From NCBI GenBank assembly GCA_038861395.1, contig JAWCDE010000001.1, positions 73,144-137,143 on the forward strand: a stretch of DNA of 64,000 nucleotides, written 5' to 3'. Made by a program: the position numbers and the translations under genes. This DNA is from Thermoproteota archaeon (GTDB taxonomy: Archaea; Thermoproteota; EX4484-205; JAAOZP01). The notes under the pieces are model-generated. The model saw nothing but the letters and a program-made list of their open reading frames with translations. It was not told the DNA's origin and ran no database searches. Every line of letters starts with the position of its first letter. The first letter of the stretch is position 1. This document shows positions 30,665 through 40,426 of this stretch, in pieces.

Positions 30665-31648
30665 ATGGCTAGGATAATAAGGGATGATGATATAACAATA
30701 GAGCTGATAAAAAATAAAACTATTGCTGTAATAGGATATGGCTCACAGGGTGAAGCGCAAGCTAAGAACATTAGGGATAGTGGGATTAGGACGATACTTG
30801 GTTTAAGAAAAGACGGAGCCTCTTGGAAGAGGGCTGTTGAAGACGGTTTCGAAGTCTATGAGATAGGAGAAGCTGTTAGGAAAGGCGATATTGTAATGAT
30901 GCTTCTCCCAGACCCTGCTCAACCCAAGGTTTACGAAGAGCACGTGGCACCAAACATTTCAAAGGGTTCTGCTCTCGTGTTTGCACATGCATTCAACATA
31001 TATTATAGGCAAATAGTTCCTGCAACTTGGCTGGATGTTGTGCTTGTAGCCCCTAAGGCTCCAGGTCCTGCTTTGAGAGATGCTTACGTCCATAATACTG
31101 GAGTACCCGGGTTAATAGCGGTGCATCAAGATTACACAGGTAATGCTTCAAAGATAGTCAGAGAATTAGCTAAGGCAATCGGTTTAAGCAGGGTTGGTTT
31201 AATCGAATCCTCTTTCAAGGAAGAGGTTGAAACAGATCTTTTCGGCGAGCAAGCGGTTTTATGCGGAGGGGTGTCTTCACTTATAAAAAGCGGTTTTGAA
31301 ATACTTGTTGAAGCAGGATATCAACCGGAGGTTGCTTACTTTGAGGTTTTAAACGAGCTTAAACTAATCGTCGACTTAATATGGGCTAAAGGACTATCCG
31401 GAATGTGGCAGGCTGTTAGCGACACCGCTAAGTACGGCGGGTTAACGCGCGGCCCGTACCTTATAGATGAAGATGTTAAGAAGAAGATGAGGAAGCTTCT
31501 TGAAGACATTCAATCCGGAGTCTTTGCTAGAGAATGGGTTCTTGAGAACAATTCTAACCAGGTTGTACTAAAAACTCTAATGGAGAGGGAAAGAAATCAT
31601 CTTATTGAAGTAGTGGGGAGCAGGATAAGGGCGATGATTAGGAAATGA
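30665..31648 (+). CDS. ilvC: Ketol-acid reductoisomerase
   Basis: Rossmann fold (IAVIGYGSQGEAQAKNIRDSG). 327 aa. Confidence 0.9.
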   Translation: MARIIRDDDITIELIKNKTIAVIGYGSQGEAQAKNIRDSGIRTILGLRKDGASWKRAVEDGFEVYEIGEAVRKGDIVMMLLPDPAQPKVYEEHVAPNISKGSALVFAHAFNIYYRQIVPATWLDVVLVAPKAPGPALRDAYVHNTGVPGLIAVHQDYTGNASKIVRELAKAIGLSRVGLIESSFKEEVETDLFGEQAVLCGGVSSLIKSGFEILVEAGYQPEVAYFEVLNELKLIVDLIWAKGLSGMWQAVSDTAKYGGLTRGPYLIDEDVKKKMRKLLEDIQSGVFAREWVLENNSNQVVLKTLMERERNHLIEVVGSRIRAMIRK

Positions 31649-33312
31649 GATCCAGCGTACTCGTGGAGAAACCCAACGAGATGAGGAGTAACGCAATCAA
31701 GAAGGGTGTTGACAGAGCTCCTCACAGAAGCCTCCTGCACGCCGTTGGGCTGGAGAAGGAGGATTTTGAAAAACCGTTCATAGCAGTAGTTAACTCATAT
31801 ACCAATATTGTGCCAGGGCATATTCACTTAAATTCTCTCGCTGAAGAAGTATCGAGGGGAATTAGAGACGAGGGTGGTGTGCCCTTCGTCTTTAATACTA
31901 TTGCCGTCTGCGACGGGTTGGCGATGAACCATGAGGGGATGAAGTACTCGCTCCCAAGCAGGGAGGTAATAGCGGACTCGATAGAAATAATGCTTTCGGC
32001 ACACATGTTTGATGCTGCTGTCTTCATCTCTTCATGCGATAAGATCGTTCCTGGGCATCTTCTTGCGGCCGCAAGGCTGAATCTCCCTTCCATATTCGTC
32101 ACCGGCGGGCCGATGTACCCAGGCGTCTTTAAGGGTAAGAGAATTGACCTCGTGTCTGTCTTTGAAGTATTAGGCGAATATCATGAGGGTAAGGTTACTT
32201 TAGAGGAATTGAGAGAATTCGAAAGGGCTGCTTGCCCTGGAGCTGGAAGCTGTGCGGGGCTTTTCACGGCGAACACTATGGCTTGCCTAGTGGAGGCAAT
32301 GGGCCTGTCTCTTCCAAACATGGCTGCAACACACGCCTTAGACGAAAAGAAGAAGAGGCTTGCCTATGACTCGGGGAGGAGAATAGTCGGGCTCTGGAGG
32401 GAGGGGCTTAAGTTTAAGGATGTGGTTAAAAGGGAGAACCTGATTAACGCTATAATCGTAGACAATGCCTTAGGTGGGTCAACTAATACCGTCCTCCACA
32501 TAAGCGCACTTGCTAAGGAGACTGGTTACGATCTTCCCCTTCAAGTATTCGATGAGACTAGTAGAAGAGTACCGACGTTGGTTCTCATAAGGCCTTCTGG
32601 AGAAAGCTTTATGGTCGACTTCTACAATGCTGGTGGAATCCCATCGCTTCTAAAAATGCTAAGGAAGTACATCTACTTGGATGCGATGACGGTGATGGGG
32701 AAGCCTTTAAGAGAGCTTGTCGAAGCTTTCCCAGAGCCGCAAGGCTCTTTCATACGCCCTCCTGAGAACCCGTATAGAAGCGAAGGTGGTATAGCTATTC
32801 TATGGGGATCTCTAGCTCCTGAAGGCGCTGTCATAAAACTCGCCGGGACACCGATGCAGCTTAGGACGTTCAGAGGTAGGGCTAGAGTATTCGATTCAGA
32901 AGAAGAGGTGGTTAAAGCTCTTGAAAAAGAAGATTTCGAAGAGAATACTGTCGTAGTCGTTAGGTATGAAGGACTGCTAGGCGGACCCGGCATGCGCGAA
33001 ATGCTGATGCCAACTTCGCTCATAGTTGGGAGGGGTCTTGTAGAGAAAGTTGCGTTAGTTACTGACGGCAGGTTCTCGGGGGGTACTAAGGGAATTGCTA
33101 TAGGACATGTTTCCCCAGAAGCGTTCTTAGGCGGACCTATAGCTCTTGTAGAAGACGGTGACGAGATACTCATAGATGTTCCGAGCAGGAGGCTTGATCT
33201 GCTAGTGGATAAGGATGAGCTTCAGGAGAGAAGGAGAAAGTGGACTCCAGTAGTAAAAAAGATTGAAAGCAAGTTTTTAAACAAGCTTAGAGATAACAAG
33301 TTCTTCCTTTAA
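31645..33312 (+). CDS. ilvD: Dihydroxy-acid dehydratase
   Basis: A 555-aa ILVD/EDD-family protein (CDGLAMNHEGM, SSCDKIVPG). 4-nt overlap with ilvC. Confidence 0.9.
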   Translation: MRSSVLVEKPNEMRSNAIKKGVDRAPHRSLLHAVGLEKEDFEKPFIAVVNSYTNIVPGHIHLNSLAEEVSRGIRDEGGVPFVFNTIAVCDGLAMNHEGMKYSLPSREVIADSIEIMLSAHMFDAAVFISSCDKIVPGHLLAAARLNLPSIFVTGGPMYPGVFKGKRIDLVSVFEVLGEYHEGKVTLEELREFERAACPGAGSCAGLFTANTMACLVEAMGLSLPNMAATHALDEKKKRLAYDSGRRIVGLWREGLKFKDVVKRENLINAIIVDNALGGSTNTVLHISALAKETGYDLPLQVFDETSRRVPTLVLIRPSGESFMVDFYNAGGIPSLLKMLRKYIYLDAMTVMGKPLRELVEAFPEPQGSFIRPPENPYRSEGGIAILWGSLAPEGAVIKLAGTPMQLRTFRGRARVFDSEEEVVKALEKEDFEENTVVVVRYEGLLGGPGMREMLMPTSLIVGRGLVEKVALVTDGRFSGGTKGIAIGHVSPEAFLGGPIALVEDGDEILIDVPSRRLDLLVDKDELQERRRKWTPVVKKIESKFLNKLRDNKFFL

Positions 33313-33314
33313 AA

Positions 33315-34331
33315 ATGCGCCACACTCCAAAGAGGGCTCTTTCAATTAGGCTAGACAGGTTTGCAACAATTTATCTTAATGGAAGCGAGACAGTATTAAA
33401 AATGGGATCGCACGACTCCCCAGATTATGTTTTCATTTCTCACGCCCACCTCGATCACATCTGTAAGCAGGAGCCTCAAAACGTAGAGGCAATATGCTCA
33501 GAGGAAACATTCATCTTATCAACACTCAGAGGGTTTGGAATAAAGCGGGCGGAGAGCCCTTTTCTCCTGTTAGATTCAGGACATATATTGGGCTCTAAGT
33601 CAATAGTTTTAGAAGCTGGCTGTGAGGAAATACTCTACACCGGAGACGTAAACAATATTCCTCTTGCAGACATGCCCAGGCAATGCTTTCCTAAGGTACA
33701 CACTCTGATAATAGAGTCTAACTACGGATGTCCAAACCTAGTCTTCCCTCCTCGACACGAGCTAGTTAAAGAAGTTGTTGACTATGTGCGAGAAAACTTG
33801 AAGAAGAGTAGGCCCGTGGTCTTTATGGGCTACCCGTTGGGCAAATCACAGCATGTTCAAATGATTCTAGACCGTTTCCTGCCGGATGTTGAGAAATATG
33901 TTTCTCCGTCAATAGCAAGGTATAATGATGTTTACAGGCTTTTCTCAATGATGATAAATGATAAAAAGATATTGTTCTCCCAGTCTCAATCATTCCCCCA
34001 AGACAGTAACTGGGTGCTTTACTATCCGAGTATTTCCGGTAGGAATGCTTTCCTGCAGGTTATCAAAAAGAAGTACGGTGCGGTTTTAATCTGGTTCTCA
34101 GGCAGGTCGCTTTTAAAAGGTTATGAAGAAATGCTTGCCGTCGACCGAGCTTTTCCATTGAGCGACCATGCGGATTTCAATGGTTTGCTTAAAATAGTTG
34201 AAGAAACCTCTCCTCAGAAGATTTTGACAGTACATGGTTTTTCTAAAGAATTCTCTCAGGAGCTTAGAAACCTCGGATACGAGGCATATGACCTTAATTC
34301 TTTTAGAGGGAGATGCATCAGGCTTTTCTAA
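33315..34331 (+). CDS. Metallo-beta-lactamase fold beta-CASP-family nuclease (short form)
   Basis: HxHxDH (ISHAHLDH), YTGD, ESNYG and LSDHAD motifs. 338 aa. Confidence 0.6.
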   Translation: MRHTPKRALSIRLDRFATIYLNGSETVLKMGSHDSPDYVFISHAHLDHICKQEPQNVEAICSEETFILSTLRGFGIKRAESPFLLLDSGHILGSKSIVLEAGCEEILYTGDVNNIPLADMPRQCFPKVHTLIIESNYGCPNLVFPPRHELVKEVVDYVRENLKKSRPVVFMGYPLGKSQHVQMILDRFLPDVEKYVSPSIARYNDVYRLFSMMINDKKILFSQSQSFPQDSNWVLYYPSISGRNAFLQVIKKKYGAVLIWFSGRSLLKGYEEMLAVDRAFPLSDHADFNGLLKIVEETSPQKILTVHGFSKEFSQELRNLGYEAYDLNSFRGRCIRLF

Positions 34332-35450
34332 TTATTTGCGTAAGAATATTACGAACTCGTCTGCATACCCTATCTTGACTACACGGTCTCTAGTGGCTAC
34401 TCTCCTATTGACCAGCCACATGCACTCGGTTTCGAAACCGATTTCACTAGCTATTTTCGAGAAAATCTTCTCTGATTCCACAACCCCCGTGGGGAATACT
34501 CCTTGAGCGATTACGAAGACCCCTTTCCCACCTTCCTTTAGAACGCGATAAATCTCGGACAAAACTCTCTTAAGGTCTTCGAAATAGGCGCTGGCTATGG
34601 CGGGCATATCTCCGTATTCAGAATCCACACGGTTTTCAACAGAATCTCCTATGTACGATCTCAGCATAGGTTCCGCCTCCTTGAAGAAAAGCTCGTTCTC
34701 AACGCGGTAAACCTTAGTATACTCTATCTTATTTAAATAAGGTGGCGATGTAATCACCGCGTCAAAAATGTTATCATCTATAAACTTTAGGTTTCGGGAA
34801 TCTGTTTTCAACGTGATTATCGTCGGATTAAGTGTTTTAAACTCCTCTAAGTCTTTTATCATCCGCTTAATCCTATTCCTATAGAATTTTCTAAACGGAG
34901 GAATATTCCTCTCCTTAACTATCTTTAAAACTCCCCCGTCCTTAACTATGTAGGATGCTTTGATCGCAGCACTCATCAATCCCAGTTTGAAAAAACCGTT
35001 CACGACCTCATCCTCTATTTCCTCAACGATACTCCTAAAGAATAATACGTCCTCCAAAACATGTCTGGGGAAAGCTTTTCTAACAATACTGCTGAGCCCG
35101 CTTAAGTCTTGTCTCCTAAATTTTTCAGAAAAAATTTTCTTTGAAACTTCCTTCAAAACGCTAACATCGTAATCCGCTGTCTTAACTCTCGACACGAATA
35201 CTGGGAGATCTGCTACGTCTATACCCATAGCGTTTACTCCAAGTTCTTTACAAGTAAGCTGGGTGGTTCCAACTCCGCAAAATGGGTCCAATACCCAAGA
35301 CTCTCTTCCAAGCTTAAGGCTCCTGATAATTAACTCTACGAAATCTCGCGAGAACCCCTCTTTGTAGTAGAACCAGTTATGTATTGGAGTATGCTTATTC
35401 GGTATGAATGTTACGAGTTTCCCTATATCTGTCTTCTTCTCGATTATCAT
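34332..35450 (-). CDS. SAM-dependent N-methyltransferase with an (S)PPY motif (DNA N6-A/N4-C or RNA N2-G class)
   Basis: Motif I DPFCGVGTT near residue 55 and motif IV TSPPY near residue 225. 372 aa. No adjacent restriction-enzyme-like gene. Confidence 0.55.
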   Translation of the reverse strand: MIIEKKTDIGKLVTFIPNKHTPIHNWFYYKEGFSRDFVELIIRSLKLGRESWVLDPFCGVGTTQLTCKELGVNAMGIDVADLPVFVSRVKTADYDVSVLKEVSKKIFSEKFRRQDLSGLSSIVRKAFPRHVLEDVLFFRSIVEEIEDEVVNGFFKLGLMSAAIKASYIVKDGGVLKIVKERNIPPFRKFYRNRIKRMIKDLEEFKTLNPTIITLKTDSRNLKFIDDNIFDAVITSPPYLNKIEYTKVYRVENELFFKEAEPMLRSYIGDSVENRVDSEYGDMPAIASAYFEDLKRVLSEIYRVLKEGGKGVFVIAQGVFPTGVVESEKIFSKIASEIGFETECMWLVNRRVATRDRVVKIGYADEFVIFLRK

Positions 35451-35557
35451 AAAGTTCTTTTCGGTTGTAAAGCATATGGGGCTGATGGTTTTTAAAGTTT
35501 GAATCGTCTATGCGATATATAACCTTATTAGCTGGCTTAAAAATCATTCTGAGAAAG

Positions 35558-37057
35558 ATGTCTGAAGAAGGCATATACCGTAGTCGGTTGGAACCGGCTT
35601 TTCCAGAGGCAACAAGATACGCGTCGAGCATTAAAGAAGATTCATGGATATTTTACGAAGATATAGAGGCTACTCTCGCACACGACTTCATGCTTATGAA
35701 ACAAGGATACATAACGGAGGACCAGTTTAAGAAGATTGCTTCTGCAATTAAAAAACTCTTAGAAAGTAAGGGGCTGACACAGTTCGATACTAGTAAATAT
35801 GAAGATGTGCATGAGTTCATAGAATCATTCGTAATCAAGGAAGTCGGGATTGAAATCGGGGGGTTAATCCACACCGCCCGCTCAAGAAACGATCAGGTTG
35901 TGACTGCGGTGAGGCTTAAGACTAGGAGGGAGGTTTTCAATATCCTGAGAGAAATACTGGATCTTGAGAAAACATTGTTGAAAAAAGCACGTGAAACTAT
36001 TGACGTTTTATTTCCGTTTTACACGCATCTCCAACAAGCGCAAACAGCTCCTTTATCCCATTATTTTCTCGGTTATTTCGACATTTTAATGCGGGATTTT
36101 GACCGCATAGCGGAATCTTTAAAGAGAATTAACCTTAACCCTCTCGGAAGCGTTGCGATAGTCGGGACCTCCTTGAAAGTAAACAGAGAGCTTACAACAA
36201 AGCTCCTTGGTTTCTACGGTCTCTTAGAAAACTCGTTCGACGCAGTATCTTCTAGAGACTTCATACTGGAGGCAGTATCAAATCTCAACATACTGATGCT
36301 GAATTTAAGCAGAATGATGGAGGACTTCATAATCTGGTTGACTTCAGAATTCAGCTTTTTCACCCTCCCAGACGAATTAGCATTCCCCTCTAGTGCGATG
36401 CCAAACAAGAAGAATCCCTGCATACTTGAGCTGGCCCGCGCTAGGTCTGGGAGGGTTTTCTCGAGCCTAGCCCAGCTCTCGATGGTTTGCAAAGCGGCAC
36501 CAAGCGGCTACGTTAGGGACCTGCAGGAGACTAAGCCTCCCCTCATTGAAGCGTTTGAAACAGTAAAAGAGACGCTTAAAATAATTAGAATCGCCATTGA
36601 AAACATGCGAGAAAATCGGGAGAGGATAAGGTCATCTATGGAGCAAAGCATCATTGCTCTAGACGTTGCTGAGAGAATTATTGAAGAGGCTGGAGTTCCG
36701 TTCAGGCTGGCCCATAAGCTGGTTGGAGAGATGGTGAGGAGGAGCCTTAAGGATGGTAGGGGCTTCAAAAACCTTAAGGAAGAAGAGCTAAGGGAGGCTT
36801 CTCTTCAAATATTGGGTAGGGACATAAGCCCCATCCTGTTGAACATCTTGAGGAAAAGTGAGGAGACGCTAGTTTCACTAAGAGCCTCAGCTGGTGCAGG
36901 TTGCCAGAGTAATGATTTAAAAATGATATCTGAAAGGGAGAGAATGATAGAGGATTATTATTCTAAGTTGAACGAGATGATTCAAAGAGACAGGGATGCT
37001 AAAAAATTCCTAGAAGACCAGGTTGCTAGAATTGTAGAGGGCTTTTCTTTTCCATAA
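35558..37057 (+). CDS. argH: Argininosuccinate lyase
   Basis: Fumarate-lyase family signature SSAMPNKKNP. The likely start is MSEEGIYRS (35558), inside the tracked ORF that begins at 35510. Confidence 0.85.
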   Translation: MSEEGIYRSRLEPAFPEATRYASSIKEDSWIFYEDIEATLAHDFMLMKQGYITEDQFKKIASAIKKLLESKGLTQFDTSKYEDVHEFIESFVIKEVGIEIGGLIHTARSRNDQVVTAVRLKTRREVFNILREILDLEKTLLKKARETIDVLFPFYTHLQQAQTAPLSHYFLGYFDILMRDFDRIAESLKRINLNPLGSVAIVGTSLKVNRELTTKLLGFYGLLENSFDAVSSRDFILEAVSNLNILMLNLSRMMEDFIIWLTSEFSFFTLPDELAFPSSAMPNKKNPCILELARARSGRVFSSLAQLSMVCKAAPSGYVRDLQETKPPLIEAFETVKETLKIIRIAIENMRENRERIRSSMEQSIIALDVAERIIEEAGVPFRLAHKLVGEMVRRSLKDGRGFKNLKEEELREASLQILGRDISPILLNILRKSEETLVSLRASAGAGCQSNDLKMISERERMIEDYYSKLNEMIQRDRDAKKFLEDQVARIVEGFSFP

Positions 37058-37198
37058 AACCGGGTGTAAATAGTTGGTTTTTAGTATTTTTAGGAGGCTT
37101 TTAAATCCATAAAATTAATTAACAATCGTCGGTAATACAATCAGCTTGCGTCGAAAATAAAAGAATAAAAGTGACCGTAAGCCTCTTCTTCTTACAAA

Positions 37199-37792
37199 TT
37201 GCTGATTAGGAAGGAGAGGATAATAGGTCTTCAAGTCTATGATAAGAAGGGCAGGTATGTGGGAACAGTTAAGGATATTGGTTTCGTACTGGGTGAAAAC
37301 CTCGTTGGGATAGTTGTCGTAGGAAGAGATAATCGTGAGATGGAGTTCATATGGAGCGAGGTCGAAGCTGCTGAAGACATCGTTATTCTCAAGAAAGAGG
37401 TCACTATCCCTGCTGTTACCCCCCCGCCTAAAAAGCCTGCTGCTGAGTCGCGTGAAGAGGTTAAACCCGTCTTAAAGGAGCAGCCTGTTGTTACTCCTGC
37501 GATGTCTATGGAGAAGCCACAGCCCTCGCGAGTTTCTAGTGAAGCAGAAGTTCAAATAGCTCCCAAGAGTGGAGTTGGAGGAGTTTCTGAACTCCAAGCC
37601 TCATTTAAAGAGGAAATGGATTACGTAGTTTCTGAGCAAGGTGAGACAGCTGGTGCTAGTATGCAGGATTTTGAAGCCAGCAGGATGGAAGAGGAAATAA
37701 CTGCTTCAAACACTAAGACCTGCCCAAAATGTGGAGCCATAAACAACGCGCGTTATAAATTCTGCTTCAGATGCGGTACTAGACTCCCCTAG
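37199..37792 (+). CDS. PRC-barrel domain protein with Pro/Glu-rich linker and C-terminal zinc ribbon
   Basis: N-terminal PRC-barrel-like beta region (IIGLQVYDKKGRYVGTVKDIGFVLGENLVGIVVVG), a low-complexity linker, and a C-terminal CPKCG...KFCFRCG ribbon. Confidence 0.5.
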   Translation: MLIRKERIIGLQVYDKKGRYVGTVKDIGFVLGENLVGIVVVGRDNREMEFIWSEVEAAEDIVILKKEVTIPAVTPPPKKPAAESREEVKPVLKEQPVVTPAMSMEKPQPSRVSSEAEVQIAPKSGVGGVSELQASFKEEMDYVVSEQGETAGASMQDFEASRMEEEITASNTKTCPKCGAINNARYKFCFRCGTRLP

Positions 37793-38637
37793 GTTAATGC
37801 TTCTTTAAGAACTATTCCGCGGCCACGTTCTATTTCGAACCTGTATATTGTTGGGTTGACAGCTGTCCAGCGCATTTTTCTAATGAACATTGTTCTTATA
37901 ATCGAATTTCCGACCCTGGTTAATGAAAGTATTATTACTCCGGATGCTAGAAATTCTTCGACACCATACCTACTCATAGCGTTCTCGCCGGTGGGTATTT
38001 CTGAAGTTATGAGTGTTGTCACACCAAGGCGTTCCTCTATGGAGAAAATCAGGCTCCTAATGTACTCTCTCACCCAGGCTATTTCGTTGGAATATGTTGT
38101 TACCAATGGTGCTATTGGGTCTATTACAAGTCTCTTAGCACCTATCTCCTTCTTTTTCCTATCCAATTCTTCCACTATGTTGTTGACAATAGCATCCATT
38201 TCTCTTCCCCACATTTTTGAAGTAAAGTACCTCCTTACCGGGATGATTGAAAGCTTTCTAGACTCCATGAGAGGTTGCAGATCCCAGCCGAAGTTCCTAA
38301 CATCCCTTATTAGCACCTCCGGCCTTTCATCTATCGTTACGTAAATACCAGGCTCATTGTTCTTGGCACCGTATATCAAATACTGGAGGCTGAAAATGGT
38401 TTTACCTGTGCCTGCTTCCCCTGCGAGCAAGTATGTTTTTCCTGCCTCAAAACCCCCTTCCAATATCTCGTCTATAGCTGGGTTTCCAGTTGAAACCTTC
38501 CTAACATAGGAAATCCCTTTTCGCGGTGTTCCGCAAGAGGGGCAGAACTTGTATTCAATGCTGAGAGGGCGTCCACACACGGGGCATGAGTATCTAGTAA
38601 CTGCTTCTCGACGCTGCAACTGTAGAAGCTTATTCAC
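37789..38637 (-). CDS. KaiC/RadA-like RecA-superfamily ATPase with N-terminal zinc ribbon
   Basis: CPVCG...KFCPSCG ribbon followed by a KaiC-type Walker A (LLAGEAGTGKT). 282 aa. The 3' end overlaps the PRC-barrel gene by 4 nt. Confidence 0.7.
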   Translation of the reverse strand: MNKLLQLQRREAVTRYSCPVCGRPLSIEYKFCPSCGTPRKGISYVRKVSTGNPAIDEILEGGFEAGKTYLLAGEAGTGKTIFSLQYLIYGAKNNEPGIYVTIDERPEVLIRDVRNFGWDLQPLMESRKLSIIPVRRYFTSKMWGREMDAIVNNIVEELDRKKKEIGAKRLVIDPIAPLVTTYSNEIAWVREYIRSLIFSIEERLGVTTLITSEIPTGENAMSRYGVEEFLASGVIILSLTRVGNSIIRTMFIRKMRWTAVNPTIYRFEIERGRGIVLKEALT

Positions 38638-38666
38638 GCCAGGTTTATAAATAGTTATCGGAGGTT

Positions 38667-39167
38667 CTATTTCTGTCCCTTTTCCTTGAAATAGCTTATT
38701 AATCCGCCCGCTTCCAATATTTTCACTATGAAATCAGGTATTTTATAAAAAGAAAAATCCTTTCCGGTATTAAGGTCCCTTAAAACCCCATTTTCCAAAT
38801 TAATCTCAACCTCGTCTCCATCATTGATTTCCTCGATTCTGTTTTTTCCCTCCAGTACTAAGGCAGGCATAGCCAGGTTTATGGCATTCCTGTAGAATAT
38901 TCTTGCGAAAGATTTTGCCACGATTGCTTTAACATTAGAATGTTTTAAAGCTATCACTGCATGTTCTCTCGAGCTCCCCAGGCCAAAGTTCTCTCCTGCA
39001 ACGATTATAACTCCTTCCTTAGCTTTCTCTCTGAACTCCGGGTAATAGTCTTCGAAAACGTGTTCAGCCAGAACTGTAGCATCATGCGTCACCAGGTATC
39101 TCGCAGGTATTATCACATCGGTATCTATGTTGTCGCCGAGCTTCACCACTTTGCCTCGAATGATCAT
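38667..39167 (-). CDS. leuD: 3-isopropylmalate dehydratase small subunit
   Basis: A 166-aa aconitase swivel-domain protein, immediately downstream of leuC. Confidence 0.85.
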   Translation of the reverse strand: MIIRGKVVKLGDNIDTDVIIPARYLVTHDATVLAEHVFEDYYPEFREKAKEGVIIVAGENFGLGSSREHAVIALKHSNVKAIVAKSFARIFYRNAINLAMPALVLEGKNRIEEINDGDEVEINLENGVLRDLNTGKDFSFYKIPDFIVKILEAGGLISYFKEKGQK

Positions 39168-40426
39168 TAGAGATACCTCCTGGGGTCTACTATTTTCCCC
39201 TCTATTGCTGATGCTGCAACGGTTGCTGGAGAAGCTAAGTAAACCCTACTGCTTTTAGCACCCATTCTACCAATGAAATTCCTATTACTACTTGAGACTG
39301 CAACCTCTTCTTCTGCAAGGACTCCTCTAGACATCCCTAAGCATGCGCCGCAAGTTGGGGATGTGACTATTCCTCCTGCCCTCACAATCTCCTCGATTAC
39401 TCCCATTCTCAAAGCTTCACTATACACTTTTACTGAAGCAGGGCTTACTACAAGCCTTACCCAAGGAGCGATTTTCCTTCCCTTCAATATCTTTAAGGCT
39501 ATGAGAAGGTCATCTAGCCTGCCGTTGGTACATGAGCCTAAGAAAGCCTGGTCTATATGTAGACCCTCAACCTCCCTCACGGGCTTAACGTTATCAACAC
39601 TATGTGGAACACTTACCACCGGCTCCAGTTGAGAAGCATCTATCTCTACTTTCTCAAAGTCGGAATCAGGGTCGCTTTTAACATCCATATACTGATCCTC
39701 CTTGTTAAAGCTCTTAGCGTATTCGAAGCTTTTAGAGTCTGTTTGAACAATCCCCGTCTTAGCTCCCATTTCAATAGAAAGATTTGCAAGAGTTAAACGT
39801 TCCGATAAGGATAATTTCTCTACAGTCTTGCCTGAATACTCTACAACCTTGTAAGTAGCCCCATTCGCTCCGATTTTCCCAACGATATGCAAGGCAAGGT
39901 CTTTAGCGAATACTCCCTTTTGAAACTCTCCTCTTACTTCTACGATCACTGTTTCAGGAACTCTAAGCCAAATTTCACCTGTTGCTAAGACCACTGCAGC
40001 GTCTGTTGAACCTACTCCTATCCCTACGGCACCTGTTGCTCCAGCAGTGCAAGTATGGCTGTCAACACCGATTATCAAGAAACCTGGAATGTCAAAACCT
40101 TCTTCGAAGAGCACTTGGTGAGCAATACCTCCCCTTCCTATCTCGTAAAAATTGCTTATACCGTATTTCTTGACGAAAATCCTCATTTTTCTCATCTGGT
40201 TTGAGAGTTCAATCGTGCTTGGGGGGACATCGTGATCGAAAATGACGACAACCCTACTGGGATCCCATACTTTTTCAGATATCTTCTCAAACTCTTCGAC
40301 TGCTAAGGGTCCGGTTACCTCATGGAGCATAAGAAAATCTACCTTCGCTTCAATTATCTCTCCTACTTCAACGCGCTTACCTGCTTTTCTTAAAAGCACT
40401 TTTTGAATTGCTGTTAACCCGCTCAT
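39167..40426 (-). CDS. leuC: 3-isopropylmalate dehydratase large subunit
   Basis: A 419-aa aconitase-family protein with [4Fe-4S] cysteine ligands (SCTNGR, CGACLG). Confidence 0.9.
   Translation of the reverse strand: MSGLTAIQKVLLRKAGKRVEVGEIIEAKVDFLMLHEVTGPLAVEEFEKISEKVWDPSRVVVIFDHDVPPSTIELSNQMRKMRIFVKKYGISNFYEIGRGGIAHQVLFEEGFDIPGFLIIGVDSHTCTAGATGAVGIGVGSTDAAVVLATGEIWLRVPETVIVEVRGEFQKGVFAKDLALHIVGKIGANGATYKVVEYSGKTVEKLSLSERLTLANLSIEMGAKTGIVQTDSKSFEYAKSFNKEDQYMDVKSDPDSDFEKVEIDASQLEPVVSVPHSVDNVKPVREVEGLHIDQAFLGSCTNGRLDDLLIALKILKGRKIAPWVRLVVSPASVKVYSEALRMGVIEEIVRAGGIVTSPTCGACLGMSRGVLAEEEVAVSSSNRNFIGRMGAKSSRVYLASPATVAASAIEGKIVDPRRYL

Noticed and set aside
37199-37792. PRC-barrel protein as the missing CdvA
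   Set aside because: It lacks the CdvA coiled-coil and ESCRT-III-binding tail, it ends in a zinc ribbon instead, and it is 27 kb from the cdv genes.
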